32,000 nucleotides of DNA from Vibrio cholerae ATCC 14035 (GTDB taxonomy: Bacteria > Pseudomonadota > Gammaproteobacteria > Enterobacterales > Vibrionaceae). Location of the stretch: NCBI RefSeq assembly GCF_000621645.1, contig NZ_JHXR01000003.1, positions 240,001 to 272,000 of the forward strand, in the 5' to 3' direction. A program made the translations under genes and the position numbers. How positions within the stretch are numbered: position 1 is the stretch's first letter; every line of letters begins with the position of its first letter. The notes beneath the pieces were generated by a model. The model worked only from the letters and a program-made list of their open reading frames with translations. It was not told where the DNA came from and ran no database searches. Shown here in pieces: positions 6,980 through 16,336 of the stretch.

Positions 6980-8113
6980 ATGACCACAAATCAACGAAGC
7001 ATCAAAGCTCCACAAACGGTTGTTGTGAAGCTGGGAACCAGTGTTCTGACCGGCGGTACTCTTGCGCTGGATCGTGCTCATATGGTTGAGCTCGCTCGCC
7101 AGTGTGCTGAACTCAAAAAGCAAGGTCACTCAGTAGTGATCGTGACCTCGGGCGCCATTGCGGCTGGCCGTGAGCATTTAGGTTACCCTGCGCTGCCCAA
7201 CGCGATTTCCAGCAAGCAACTGCTGGCAGCGGTTGGGCAAAGTCGTTTGATTCAGGTCTGGGAATCGTTATTTGCGATTTATGGCATCAAAATTGGTCAG
7301 ATGCTGCTCACCCGTGCTGATCTTGATGACCGTGAGCGTTTCCTTAATGCGCGTGACACCATCAATGCGTTAGTTGAAAATGGCATTGTGCCTGTGGTCA
7401 ACGAAAACGATGCGGTAGCAACCAATGAAATCAAAGTCGGTGACAACGATAACTTATCGGCGCTGGTCGGTATTTTGTGTGGTGCGGATAAGCTGCTGCT
7501 GTTGACCGATCAAAAAGGCTTGTTCACCGCCGATCCGCGTAAAGATCCCAATGCCCAACTGATCAAAGAAGTGACCACCATTGATGACACACTGCGCAAA
7601 ATTGCTGGTGGCAGTGGCACTACACTCGGTACGGGCGGCATGGCCACCAAGCTGCAAGCGGCGGACATTGCTCGTCGTGCTGGTATTGAAGTCATCATTG
7701 CGGCAGGTCGTGCGCCCAATGTGATTTTTGACTCCTTAAGTGATGAGCCACAAGGCACGCGCTTCTTAGCTTTGGAAGAAGCGTTAGAAAACCGCAAACG
7801 CTGGATTTTGGCAGGCCCAGCGGCATCAGGCGATATTGTGATTGACGATGGCGCAGTGAAAGCGGTGCAAACCAAGGGCAGCAGCTTGCTCGCCAAAGGT
7901 GTGGTGCGAGTGCAAGGTCAGTTCGCCCGTGGTGAAGTGGTGCGGGTACTGGATAAGCAAAGTCATCTGATTGCGCGCGGCATCGCGGCCTACTCCAATG
8001 ACGAGTTGGCGCAAATTGCTGGTAAGCACAGTAAAGAGATCATCGATATTTTAGGCTACGATCACGGCTCAGAAGTGATCCACCGCGACGACATGGTCGT
8101 GATTCAAGAGTAA
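6980..8113 (+). CDS. proB: Glutamate 5-kinase
   Basis: Collinear with E. coli ProB (…[12 protein letters not shown]…[16 protein letters not shown]…[14 protein letters not shown]…[20 protein letters not shown]…). The ORF-track TTG at 6923 adds 19 non-homologous residues, so the start is set at the ATG at 6980 (MTTNQRSIK…). Confidence 0.92.
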
Positions 8114-8121
8114 AGGAGAGA

Positions 8122-9375
8122 ATGATGGATTTAACCGTACTCGGTAAAGCGGCCAAAGCGGCCTCTTTCCAACTGGCTACCGCCAGTACCGCGCAAAAAA
8201 ATCAGGCTCTCGCCAGTATGGCCGATCAGTTGGAAGCGCAAAGCGCGAGCATTCTTGCTGCAAACGCAAAAGATATTGCGCTGGGGCGCGAAGCGGGTTT
8301 GTCTGATGCCATGCTGGATCGCTTGCTGCTCAATGAGTCTCGCTTGCAAGCAATCGCCAACGATGTGCGTAACGTGATCAAATTGAACGATCCCGTCGGC
8401 AGCGAAATTGATAGCCGAGTGTTGGAAAACGGCATGTCATTGGCACGCCGTCGCGTCCCCCTTGGTGTGGTCGGCGTCATTTATGAAGCTCGCCCTAACG
8501 TCACCATTGATATTGCGGCGCTGTGTTTAAAAACCGGTAACGCCGCGATTTTGCGCGGTGGCAAAGAGACGTTTTTCTCTAACATGGAACTGGTCAAAGT
8601 GATCCAGTCGGCGTTGGATAAAGCAGGTCTGCCAGCGGCTTCCGTGCAGTACATTGAAAAGCCAGATCGTGAACTGGTGACGCAACTCCTGAAAATGGAT
8701 GATTACGTCGACATGATCATCCCACGTGGCGGTGCGGGCCTGCACAAAATGTGCAAAGAAAACAGCACAGTGCCTGTGATCATTGGAGGCTTTGGCATTA
8801 GCCATATTTTCGTGGATGAAAGTGCTGATCTGGATAAATCGGTTGCCGTAATTGAAAACGCTAAAGTGCAACGCCCATCGGCGTGTAATGCGCTAGATAC
8901 CTTGTTAGTGCATCAAGCGATTGCCAAACCGTTACTAGACAAACTCATCGCAAAACTGAATGGCAAAGTGGCGTTTGTGGCGGAGCCCAAAGCCAAGGCG
9001 TTGATGAGTTCAGCGGCTGAGCTGCGTGATGCGCAAGCGGGCGATTTTGATACCGAATGGCTCAGCTACACCTTAGGGGTGAAAGTGGTGCAGGATGTAC
9101 AAGAAGCCATTGAGCATATGCGCGAGCACAATGCGAGCCATTCCGATGCGATCATGACCAACGATCTCTATAACGCTGAGCTGTTTGTGAATACCGCCGG
9201 TTCAGCGGCGGTGTATGTCAACGCTTCTACGCGTTTTACTGACGGTGCACAGTTTGGTTTAGGCGCAGAAGTGGCAGTCTCAACACAAAAACTGCACGCG
9301 CGTGGTCCGATGGGGCTAGAAGAGCTCACCAGCTACAAGTGGGTGGGCAAAGCTAATTACCTGTCACGCAGCTAA
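8122..9375 (+). CDS. proA: Gamma-glutamyl phosphate reductase
   Basis: Collinear with E. coli ProA (…[36 protein letters not shown]…[42 protein letters not shown]…). There are tandem ATGs at 8122 and 8125. The AGGAG at 8114-8118 favours 8125 on spacing. Confidence 0.93.
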
Positions 9376-9397
9376 AATTCAAGCAAAGATGTGATGT

Positions 9398-9423
9398 AAA
9401 GGGGCTTCGCGCCCCTTTTTCTT
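9398..9423 (+). terminator. Rho-independent terminator after proA
   Basis: AAAGGGGC-ttcgc-GCCCCTTT followed by TTCTTT. Confidence 0.8.
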
Positions 9424-9451
9424 TGGCTCTCAACAGCACATCGGCTACACT
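9423..9451 (+). promoter_or_regulatory. Candidate sigma70 promoter for the nrdR-rib operon
   Basis: TTGGCT (9423-9428), 17-nt spacer, TACACT (9446-9451). It ends 24 nt upstream of the nrdR ATG. Confidence 0.35.
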
Positions 9452-9474
9452 GGTTGTCTTGTTATGGAGGTAAT

Positions 9475-9924
9475 ATGCATTGTCCTTTCTGTTCTGAAAA
9501 CGATACCAAAGTGATCGATTCACGTCTGGTGGCTGACGGACATCAAGTGCGCCGTCGTCGTCAGTGTCTGGCTTGTAATGAGCGCTTTACCACCTTTGAA
9601 ACCGCGGAGTTAGTGATGCCACGCGTGATCAAATCGAATGGTAATCGTGAGCCTTTTGATGAAGAGAAAATGATTGGTGGCTTGCAGCGCGCATTGGAAA
9701 AGCGCCCAGTGAGTGCCGATGCGATTGAACTGGCGATCAGCACCATAAAATCTAAGCTACGTGCCACTGGCGAGCGTGAAGTTCCGAGTAAACTGATTGG
9801 TAACTTGGTGATGGAACAGCTGAAAGTGCTAGATAAAGTGGCCTATATTCGCTTTGCATCCGTATATCGTAGTTTTGAAGATGTCCGTGAATTTGGCGAG
9901 GAGATCGCCAAACTGCAGGACTAA
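9475..9924 (+). CDS. nrdR: Transcriptional repressor NrdR (zinc-ribbon/ATP-cone)
   Basis: [17 protein letters not shown]…[17 protein letters not shown]… is the canonical NrdR N-terminus. The GGAGG SD is at 9464-9468. The ORF-track TTG start at 9454 adds 7 spurious residues. Confidence 0.93.
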   Translation: MHCPFCSENDTKVIDSRLVADGHQVRRRRQCLACNERFTTFETAELVMPRVIKSNGNREPFDEEKMIGGLQRALEKRPVSADAIELAISTIKSKLRATGEREVPSKLIGNLVMEQLKVLDKVAYIRFASVYRSFEDVREFGEEIAKLQD

Positions 9925-9949
9925 CCGATAGGATTAACTGAAAGCGATT

Positions 9950-11053
9950 ATGCCTATGTTTACCTCTTTTGATCATCAAATGATGTCTCGCGCGATTGAA
10001 CTTGCGTGGCGCGGGCATTTTACCACTTCTCCTAATCCTAATGTCGGCTGCGTGATCACTCGCGGTGAGCAGATTGTAGGGGAAGGTTTCCATTTTCGCG
10101 CGGGGGAACCCCATGCTGAAGTGCATGCTATGCGCCAAGCCGGTGAGCTTACCCGCGGTGCGACCGCTTATGTCACTTTAGAACCTTGCTCTCATTATGG
10201 TCGCACACCGCCTTGTGCTGAAGGGCTTATTAAAGCCGGGGTTGCGAAAGTGATTTGCGCAATGCAAGACCCTAACCCACAAGTGGCGGGGAAGGGCGTA
10301 CAAATGCTGCGTGATGCCGGGATTGAGGTTGAAGTGGGGTTGCTGGAAGCGGATGCTCGAGTACTCAACCGCGGTTTTCTAAAACGTATGGAAACCGGCA
10401 TGCCTTTTGTGCAGCTTAAAATGGCGGCGAGTCTCGATGGACAAACCGCGCTCGCTAACGGTAAAAGCCAGTGGATTACCTCTCCTGCAGCACGTAAAGA
10501 TGTTCAGCGGTTTCGCGCGCAAGCCAGTGCGATTCTCTCCACCAGTCAAACGGTGCTGGCGGATAATGCTTCTCTGGCGGTGCGTTGGTACGATTTACCG
10601 TCATCGGTACAGGCGCAATACGCAGAAGCGGATTTGCGTCAGCCACTGCGGGTGATTTTGGATCGTCAACATCAATTGCATCCAGAGTTAGCGTTATACC
10701 AAACACCTTCACCCGTGCTGCGAGTTGCCAGCGAGAATGCCGAACTCTGTATCTCTGCTGAGAACGGAAAGCTTGATTTGCGTGAGCTTTTGGCACTACT
10801 CGCTCAGCAACACAATGTGAATCAACTCTGGGTAGAGGCGGGGAGCCAACTGGCTCAATCTTTGATTGAGCAAAAGTTGGTGGATGAAATCATTCTCTAT
10901 TTAGCGCCGAAACTGATGGGCAGTGATGGCCGTGGTTTATTTGGCGCGCTCGGTTTGACGGAAATGGCTGAGGCCATTGAACTCAAAATAGAAGATTGTC
11001 GAATGGTGGGGGCAGATTTGCGGATCATCGCCACCCCAAAAACAAAAGATTAG
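9950..11053 (+). CDS. ribD: Bifunctional riboflavin biosynthesis deaminase/reductase RibD
   Basis: 367 aa with …RG.FTT.PNPNVGCVI…AGEPHAEVHA…ATAYVTLEPCSH.GRTPPC…MQDPNPQVAGKG…, matching E. coli RibD. Confidence 0.92.
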   Translation: MPMFTSFDHQMMSRAIELAWRGHFTTSPNPNVGCVITRGEQIVGEGFHFRAGEPHAEVHAMRQAGELTRGATAYVTLEPCSHYGRTPPCAEGLIKAGVAKVICAMQDPNPQVAGKGVQMLRDAGIEVEVGLLEADARVLNRGFLKRMETGMPFVQLKMAASLDGQTALANGKSQWITSPAARKDVQRFRAQASAILSTSQTVLADNASLAVRWYDLPSSVQAQYAEADLRQPLRVILDRQHQLHPELALYQTPSPVLRVASENAELCISAENGKLDLRELLALLAQQHNVNQLWVEAGSQLAQSLIEQKLVDEIILYLAPKLMGSDGRGLFGALGLTEMAEAIELKIEDCRMVGADLRIIATPKTKD

Positions 11054-11057
11054 CATT

Positions 11058-11711
11058 ATGTTTACAGGTATTGTTGAAGCGGTTGGCAAGCTGACCGCTA
11101 TTATCCCTAAAGGCAGCGACGTCACCATCAGTGTAGATGTGGGTAAGCTGGACATGGGCGATGTTAAACTCGGTGACAGTATTGCCACTAATGGCGTCTG
11201 CTTAACGGTTGTGGCATTTGATCAGCGTAGTTTTAGCGCGGATCTGTCGATGGAAACCCTCAAAAAATCGGGCTTTGCACAGTATCAGGTTGGTGATCGC
11301 GTTAACCTTGAAAAAGCCATGCTGCCCACGACCCGTTTTGGTGGTCATATCGTCTCAGGGCATGTGGATGGCGTAGGTGAAATCGTCGAGCGTATTCCTG
11401 TGGGGCGTGCGGTGGATCTGTGGGTCAATATGCCGGCAGAAATCAGCAAATACGTGGCTGAAAAAGGCTCGATTACCGTTGATGGCATCAGTTTAACGGT
11501 CAATGATCTGCGTAAAAACGCGTTTAAACTGACCATAGTGCCCCACACCAGCGCAGAAACCACTATCGATGAATTCCAAGTGGGACGCCGAGTCAATCTG
11601 GAAGTGGATGTATTGGCACGTTACATGGAGCGTTTACTGCAAGGTCAACAAGAGAGTGAACCTCAATCGCGTCTGACCATGGCATTTTTGCAACAAAACG
11701 GTTTTGCTTAA
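11058..11711 (+). CDS. ribE: Riboflavin synthase (alpha chain)
   Basis: 217 aa. [12 protein letters not shown]… with the internally duplicated lumazine-binding fold (…[13 protein letters not shown]… / …[12 protein letters not shown]…). Confidence 0.92.
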   Translation: MFTGIVEAVGKLTAIIPKGSDVTISVDVGKLDMGDVKLGDSIATNGVCLTVVAFDQRSFSADLSMETLKKSGFAQYQVGDRVNLEKAMLPTTRFGGHIVSGHVDGVGEIVERIPVGRAVDLWVNMPAEISKYVAEKGSITVDGISLTVNDLRKNAFKLTIVPHTSAETTIDEFQVGRRVNLEVDVLARYMERLLQGQQESEPQSRLTMAFLQQNGFA

Positions 11712-11751
11712 CCTCAGCTCTCAGAGGTTTCATAACAATAGGACTGACATC

Positions 11752-12861
11752 ATGCCAATTAGCACCCCACAAGAGATCATTGAAGACATTCGTCAAGGCA
11801 AAATGGTCATCCTGATGGATGATGAAGATCGTGAAAATGAAGGCGATCTGATCATGGCGGCTGAGCACATTACGCCAGCAGCGATCAATTTTATGGCAAC
11901 CCATGGTCGCGGACTCATCTGTTTAACGCTCACGAAAGAGCGTTGTCGCCGTCTGGGTTTAAATCCCATGGTACAAGATAATAATGCCCAGTACACCACC
12001 AATTTCACCGTTTCGATTGAAGCTGCCGAAGGCGTGACCACCGGTATTTCAGCGGCGGATCGCGCGCGCACAGTACAAGCGGCAGTGGCAAAAGAAGCGA
12101 AAGCGGCCGATTTGGTTCAGCCGGGGCATATTTTCCCGTTGGCTGCACAAGATGGCGGAGTATTAACGCGCGCTGGGCACACAGAAGCTGGGTGTGATTT
12201 GGCACGCTTGGCAGGTTTAGAGCCCGCGTCGGTGATTGTGGAAATTCTTAATGATGACGGCACCATGGCGCGTCGTCCGGACTTAGAAGTGTTCGCTGAA
12301 AAACACGGCTTAAAGCTGGGTACGATTGCAGACTTGATTGAGTACCGCAACCACACCGAAACCACCATTGAGCGTGTCGCGCAGTGTAAACTGCCAACCG
12401 AATATGGTGAGTTTGAGCTGGTGACTTACCGCGACATCATCGATAAGCAAATCCACTTTGCTCTGCGTAAAGGCGATATTACTAGTGCGCCAACTCTTGT
12501 GCGTGTGCATCTGCAAGATACTTTTACCGATCTGCTGCACAGCAACCGTGCGGCAGAGCGCAGTTGGCCACTTGCGACAGCAATGCAGCGTATTGGGCAA
12601 GAAGGCGGGGTGTTGGTGATCCTGGGTCATGAAGAATCGAGTGAGCTCTTGCTACACCGAGTGAAAATGTTTGAGCTGCAAGATAAAGGCGAAGCCCCTG
12701 CGATGGCCAAAAAACAAGGCACTTCACGCCGGGTCGGGGTTGGCTCGCAAATCCTTGCTGATCTTGGAGTGAAAGAGATGCGTCTGCTCTCTTCACCAAA
12801 CAAAAAGTACCACGCATTGGGTGGTTTTGGTCTCAATGTGGTCGAATACGTCTGCGAATAA
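11752..12861 (+). CDS. ribBA: 3,4-dihydroxy-2-butanone-4-phosphate synthase (RibB) fused to a degenerate GTP cyclohydrolase II-like domain (RibBA/RibBX type)
   Basis: The N-terminal half is typical RibB (…[16 protein letters not shown]…HGRGLICL…TRAGHTEA…). The C-terminal half aligns to RibA, but the zinc-cysteine motif VHSECLTGD…RCDCG reads VHLQDTFTD…RAAER. The start is set at the ATG at 11752 (AGGA SD); the ORF-track TTG at 11704 overlaps the ribE end. Confidence 0.9.
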   Translation: MPISTPQEIIEDIRQGKMVILMDDEDRENEGDLIMAAEHITPAAINFMATHGRGLICLTLTKERCRRLGLNPMVQDNNAQYTTNFTVSIEAAEGVTTGISAADRARTVQAAVAKEAKAADLVQPGHIFPLAAQDGGVLTRAGHTEAGCDLARLAGLEPASVIVEILNDDGTMARRPDLEVFAEKHGLKLGTIADLIEYRNHTETTIERVAQCKLPTEYGEFELVTYRDIIDKQIHFALRKGDITSAPTLVRVHLQDTFTDLLHSNRAAERSWPLATAMQRIGQEGGVLVILGHEESSELLLHRVKMFELQDKGEAPAMAKKQGTSRRVGVGSQILADLGVKEMRLLSSPNKKYHALGGFGLNVVEYVCE

Positions 12862-12865
12862 TCGC

Positions 12866-12991
12866 TATTCCCTTGCTACTTGAAGTGGCAGTGGAGTGAG
12901 CGACCTTCATTCCCCCAAGCATAGAACCTACCTATACTGGGGGATGAACTTACTGTCCGCCTCGCTGCAAAAACAAGTCGTTTGAGGATAT
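12866..12991 (+). repeat. ERIC/IRU-like imperfect palindromic intergenic repeat, copy A (diverged)
   Basis: About 126 bp. Termini TATTCCCTTGCTACTTGAAG…/…CAAGTCGTTTGAGGATAT are imperfect inverted repeats, and the central inverted CCCCCA…TGGGGG pair is present. The first 30 nt are 24/30 identical to copy B at 16101. The architecture matches the recalled ERIC consensus (TATACCC…ACTT.AAG…CCCCA…TGGGG…GGGTATA). Confidence 0.7.
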
Positions 12992-13125
12992 TTCATGGCT
13001 GGTTTACCGCGTTTTAGCTTGATGGCAGTGCGCGGTGTAAGCCCAAATTTCTGTTAGATATTGCTCACAAATTTGTGCTAGAATCCGGCGATTCTCACTT
13101 GATGAACAGAGTTAAAGGAAAGCTT

Positions 13126-13596
13126 ATGAAAGTGATCGAGGGTGGTTTCCCAGCACCAAATGCGAAAATTGCGATTGTGATTTCTCGTTTCAACAGTTTT
13201 ATCAATGAAAGTTTGCTGTCTGGTGCCATCGATACTCTTAAGCGTCACGGTCAGATCAGTGATGACAACATTACCGTTGTGCGTTGTCCCGGTGCGGTTG
13301 AGCTGCCTCTGGTAGCGCAACGTGTTGCAAAAACCGGCGACTACGATGCGATTGTCTCTCTGGGTTGTGTGATCCGTGGCGGTACACCGCACTTTGACTA
13401 CGTTTGCAGTGAAATGAATAAAGGTCTGGCACAAGTGTCTCTGGAATTTAGCATTCCAGTCGCATTCGGTGTGTTGACTGTTGATACTATCGATCAAGCT
13501 ATTGAACGCGCAGGAACCAAGGCTGGTAATAAGGGTGCTGAAGCAGCACTGAGCGCACTTGAGATGATTAATGTTCTTTCTGAAATCGATTCCTAA
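13126..13596 (+). CDS. ribH: 6,7-dimethyl-8-ribityllumazine synthase
   Basis: 156 aa, collinear with the E. coli enzyme (…ARFN.FIN.SLL.GAID.LKR.GQ…IRGGT.HF.YV…IPVAFGVLT…[25 protein letters not shown]…). The start is the ATG at 13126 with an AAAGGA SD; the ORF-track GTG at 13075 adds 17 residues. Confidence 0.93.
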   Translation: MKVIEGGFPAPNAKIAIVISRFNSFINESLLSGAIDTLKRHGQISDDNITVVRCPGAVELPLVAQRVAKTGDYDAIVSLGCVIRGGTPHFDYVCSEMNKGLAQVSLEFSIPVAFGVLTVDTIDQAIERAGTKAGNKGAEAALSALEMINVLSEIDS

Positions 13597-14066
13597 TGGG
13601 GGCCAGTGTGAAACCAGCCGCACGTCGTAATGCACGTCAATTTGCGCTACAAGCAATTTATTCATGGCAAATTACTAAAGAGAATGTTGCGACTATTGAA
13701 GAGCAATTTCTAACCAGCGGTAAGTACGATGAAGAAGAACATCGTGCCGCTGAGCCAGCTCTTGCTGCTCCTGAAACCGATGTTTCTTATTTCCGTGATC
13801 TGCTGGCGGGTGTGGTTTTAAACCATAATGAACTCGACAGCAAACTGCGTCCTTTTGTTTCTCGTCCGATGCAAGATCTGGACATGATGGAACTGGCGCT
13901 ACTGCGTTTGGCCATGTATGAAATGACGCGTCGTGAAGACGTACCATACAAAGTGGTGATTAACGAGGCGATTGAACTGGCAAAAGTGTTTGCTGCGGAA
14001 GATAGCCATAAATTCGTTAACGGTGTGCTGGATAAAGCCGCACCGCACGTACGTAAGAAAGCGTAA
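13596..14066 (+). CDS. nusB: Transcription antitermination factor NusB
   Basis: …KPAARR.AR..A.QA.YSWQ…[33 protein letters not shown]… The ATG at 13596 overlaps the ribH stop (TAATG). The alternative GTG at 13608 would reproduce the E. coli N-terminus MKPAARR. Confidence 0.9.
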   Translation: MGASVKPAARRNARQFALQAIYSWQITKENVATIEEQFLTSGKYDEEEHRAAEPALAAPETDVSYFRDLLAGVVLNHNELDSKLRPFVSRPMQDLDMMELALLRLAMYEMTRREDVPYKVVINEAIELAKVFAAEDSHKFVNGVLDKAAPHVRKKA

Positions 14067-14080
14067 TCCGTTTTCCACCA

Positions 14081-14108
14081 GAAGGTCAGCAGTCGCTGAC
14101 CTTTTTTC
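14081..14108 (+). terminator. Rho-independent terminator/attenuator after nusB
   Basis: GAAGGTCAGC-agtc-GCTGACCTT followed by TTTTCTT. Confidence 0.75.
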
Positions 14109-14153
14109 TTGATAAGCTGCGACCTAATGCAGCGTTTCAACCAAAGAGTCTGG

Positions 14154-15131
14154 ATGATGTTTGGTGAATTTAATTTAATCGATAAATACTTTTCCAACCG
14201 ACAAGCACAACGCAAAGACGTTCACTTAGCATTGGGTGATGACTGTGCCATTGTCAAAGTTCCTGAAAATTCGCGCGTGGCGATCAGCACGGATACCTTA
14301 GTTGCTGGAACCCATTTTCTGGCTCAGGCCAATCCGGCTTGGGTCGCGCACAAAGCCTTAGCGTCGAACATCAGTGATTTGGCGGCGATGGGCGCGACTC
14401 CGGCTTGGGTTTCGCTTGCGTTGACTCTGCCTGAGATTGATGATGCGTGGCTAACGCCATTTTGCGATGCTTTTTTCGAGTTGGCCAAGTACTACAATGT
14501 GCAGCTCATTGGTGGCGATACCACCAAAGGGCCACTCAGTATCACATTAACCGTGCAGGGCTTTTTACCCAAAGAGCAGGCTATGCTGCGTAGCGGGGCG
14601 AAAGTTGGCGATTGGCTCTATGTCACGGGCGATCTAGGCGATAGCCAAGCCGGCTTAGACGTGATTTTAGATCCGGAAAAGCGCCATTTACCCTTCGCCG
14701 ATATTCTTGAGCAGCGCCATTACTTGTCGACACCACGCATTGTGGCAGGGCAAGCCTTAGTGCATTTGGCCTCTTCGGCGATTGATATTTCCGACGGCCT
14801 GATTGCCGATCTGCAACACATTTTGCGGCGTTCCAATGTTGGGGCGAGTATTGATGTCAGCTTGTTGCCGCTGTCTAAAGAGTTATTGCAGTTTGTAGAC
14901 AGTGTCACTAGTGCACAGCAGTATGCCTTGACCAGCGGTGAAGAGTACGAACTCTGCTTCACCATTCCAGAAGAAAATCGAGGCTCGCTAGAAAATGCGC
15001 TCGCACATTGCGGCACGAAAGTGACCTGTATTGGCCAAATTCGCCCGGCCGGTACGTTTGAGCTGCACAATCAGGGGAAAAAGCTCGATTGGCAACTGGC
15101 TGGGTATGATCATTTCAAGGTGAAAGCATGA
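14154..15131 (+). CDS. thiL: Thiamine-monophosphate kinase
   Basis: …GEF.LI..YF…GDDCA…ISTDTLVAG.HF…A.NISDLAAMGA.PAW..LALTLP…QLIGGDTT.GPLS.TL…, collinear with E. coli ThiL. The start is set at the ATG at 14154, giving 325 aa as in E. coli. The ORF-track TTG at 14109 abuts the terminator. Confidence 0.87.
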   Translation: MMFGEFNLIDKYFSNRQAQRKDVHLALGDDCAIVKVPENSRVAISTDTLVAGTHFLAQANPAWVAHKALASNISDLAAMGATPAWVSLALTLPEIDDAWLTPFCDAFFELAKYYNVQLIGGDTTKGPLSITLTVQGFLPKEQAMLRSGAKVGDWLYVTGDLGDSQAGLDVILDPEKRHLPFADILEQRHYLSTPRIVAGQALVHLASSAIDISDGLIADLQHILRRSNVGASIDVSLLPLSKELLQFVDSVTSAQQYALTSGEEYELCFTIPEENRGSLENALAHCGTKVTCIGQIRPAGTFELHNQGKKLDWQLAGYDHFKVKA

Positions 15132-15637
15132 GCGATCCACGCAGTAATCTCTCCTTAAGTAACCCTTGGCACTTGCTTGCTACTGGTTTTGGCAGTGGCT
15201 TGTCGCCCATCGTGCCCGGAACGATGGGCACGTTAGCATCGGTGCCATTTTATCTAATGCTGGCACAGCTCCCTTGGATTCTGTATGCCGTCGTGGTTGT
15301 GTTCGCTAGCCTCATCGGCATAAAAATTTGCCAAGTCACCTCAGATGATATGCAGGTACACGATCACGGTTCGATTGTTTGGGATGAATTTGCCGGCTTT
15401 TGGATCACTATGCTGATTGTGCCGTTATACCAATTACCGGTTTTCGATTGGAAATGGCTCGTGACAGGTTTTGTGCTATTTCGCTTTTTCGATATGCTCA
15501 AACCTTGGCCGATCAGTTGGTTGGATAAGCGTGTGCATGGCGGTTTCGGCATCATGATTGATGATTTAGTGGCTGGAGTAATGGCCGCGATAAGTTTAGC
15601 GGCCATCGGCTACTGGTTAGAGTGGCTGCCTGTTTGA
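15128..15637 (+). CDS. pgpA: Phosphatidylglycerophosphatase A
   Basis: 169-aa membrane protein with PgpA motifs (…LLATGFGSGLSP..PGT.G.LA..P…HD…IV.DE..G…FR.FD..KPWPI…). Its ATG overlaps the thiL stop (ATGA). nusB-thiL-pgpA synteny is conserved. Confidence 0.9.
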   Translation: MSDPRSNLSLSNPWHLLATGFGSGLSPIVPGTMGTLASVPFYLMLAQLPWILYAVVVVFASLIGIKICQVTSDDMQVHDHGSIVWDEFAGFWITMLIVPLYQLPVFDWKWLVTGFVLFRFFDMLKPWPISWLDKRVHGGFGIMIDDLVAGVMAAISLAAIGYWLEWLPV

Positions 15638-15648
15638 GATTCGCCTGT

Positions 15649-15672
15649 TTAGGTTCCCCTAGGGGAACCTAA
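15649..15672. terminator. Perfect 24-bp palindrome between convergent pgpA and yaeH; possible bidirectional terminator or RNA-stabilising hairpin
   Basis: TTAGGTTCCCC TA GGGGAACCTAA. It lacks a clear U-tract on either strand, so its function as an intrinsic terminator is uncertain. Confidence 0.45.
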
Positions 15673-15677
15673 CTCAG

Positions 15678-16061
15678 CTAGTTTAATTTTTGCAAATCGG
15701 CTTCAATTTCGGCAATTTTACTGGCAACGACCTTTTCCAAATGGCGTAAATCATTAAGAATTTTCTGTTTCACGTCTACTTCACCCATGACTTCAGGTTT
15801 GGTTATCTTATTAAGCTCATCAATCACCAGCGTTAAATTGCGATTAATTTCAGTGACTTCTTTGTACTGATGACTGCCACTGTCGACCAATACATTTTTG
15901 ATCTGCCTTGGATACTTAAACTTGACGCTTTTGGCGAACAGCTCGCCCTTTTGCTTTTTGAAGTAGATCTTTAATACATCTTTATGCGCTTCTTGGCGCA
16001 GCGAATAGCGTTCAATTTGCGTAGGTTCATTAATACCCAAGCCAACGAGATGGGGAAACAT
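15678..16061 (-). CDS. yaeH: UPF0325 family protein YaeH
   Basis: …[36 protein letters not shown]…DLRHLE.VV..KI.EIEADL.KL matches recalled E. coli YaeH. The start is set at the ATG at 16061 with an AAGAGG SD 6 nt upstream; the ORF-track start at 16091 adds 10 residues. Confidence 0.85.
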   Translation of the reverse strand: MFPHLVGLGINEPTQIERYSLRQEAHKDVLKIYFKKQKGELFAKSVKFKYPRQIKNVLVDSGSHQYKEVTEINRNLTLVIDELNKITKPEVMGEVDVKQKILNDLRHLEKVVASKIAEIEADLQKLN

Positions 16062-16100
16062 AGGCAACCTCTTAGTTAAAATAACCCGCACGCCTCTTGA

Positions 16101-16228
16101 TATACCCTTCCTACTTGAAGCTGCAGCGGTGTTAGCTACGTTCGTTCACCCCAATCACATAGTTTGTCTATGCTCATGGGGACTCACTCACTTGCCGCCT
16201 ACCTGCAACTCCAAATTGTTTGGGTATA
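16101..16228 (+). repeat. ERIC/IRU-like imperfect palindromic intergenic repeat, copy B (close to the enterobacterial consensus)
   Basis: 128 bp, TATACCCTTCCTACTTGAAGCTGCAG…CACCCCA…CATGGGGACTCACTCACTTGCCGCCTACCTGCAACTCCAAATTGTTTGGGTATA. The right half closely matches the recalled ERIC consensus …TGGGGATTCACTCACTTGCCGCCTTCCTGCAACTCGAATTATTTGGGTATA. It lies between the glnD stop and the yaeH start. Confidence 0.8.
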
Positions 16229-16336
16229 TACATTTACCAAGATGGCACTCAATTTACTGTAGCAGTTGGTTGATGTGCCTGACAGTTCAATAGGTTAACT
16301 TGTGCTCAAGATCGCACCCGAACCTTGACCGTTTCG

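Noticed and set aside
12995-13057. 20-codon ORF with a GAGGA SD at the right edge of ERIC copy A
   Set aside because: The SD and ATG are contributed by the repeat terminus, and copy B has no equivalent ORF. The peptide has no features. It is kept only as a remark under the ERIC finding.
9925-13125. FMN (RFN) riboswitch expected near riboflavin genes
   Set aside because: I saw no RFN-like conserved core (GGGCAGGGUGAAAUUCCC… / …ACCGGCGGU…) upstream of nrdR/ribD, ribBA or ribH. The only long spacer is occupied by the ERIC-like repeat.
13078-13665. 195-aa minus-strand ORF opposite ribH
   Set aside because: It is antisense to the highly conserved lumazine synthase and has low-complexity composition. 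It is a shadow ORF.
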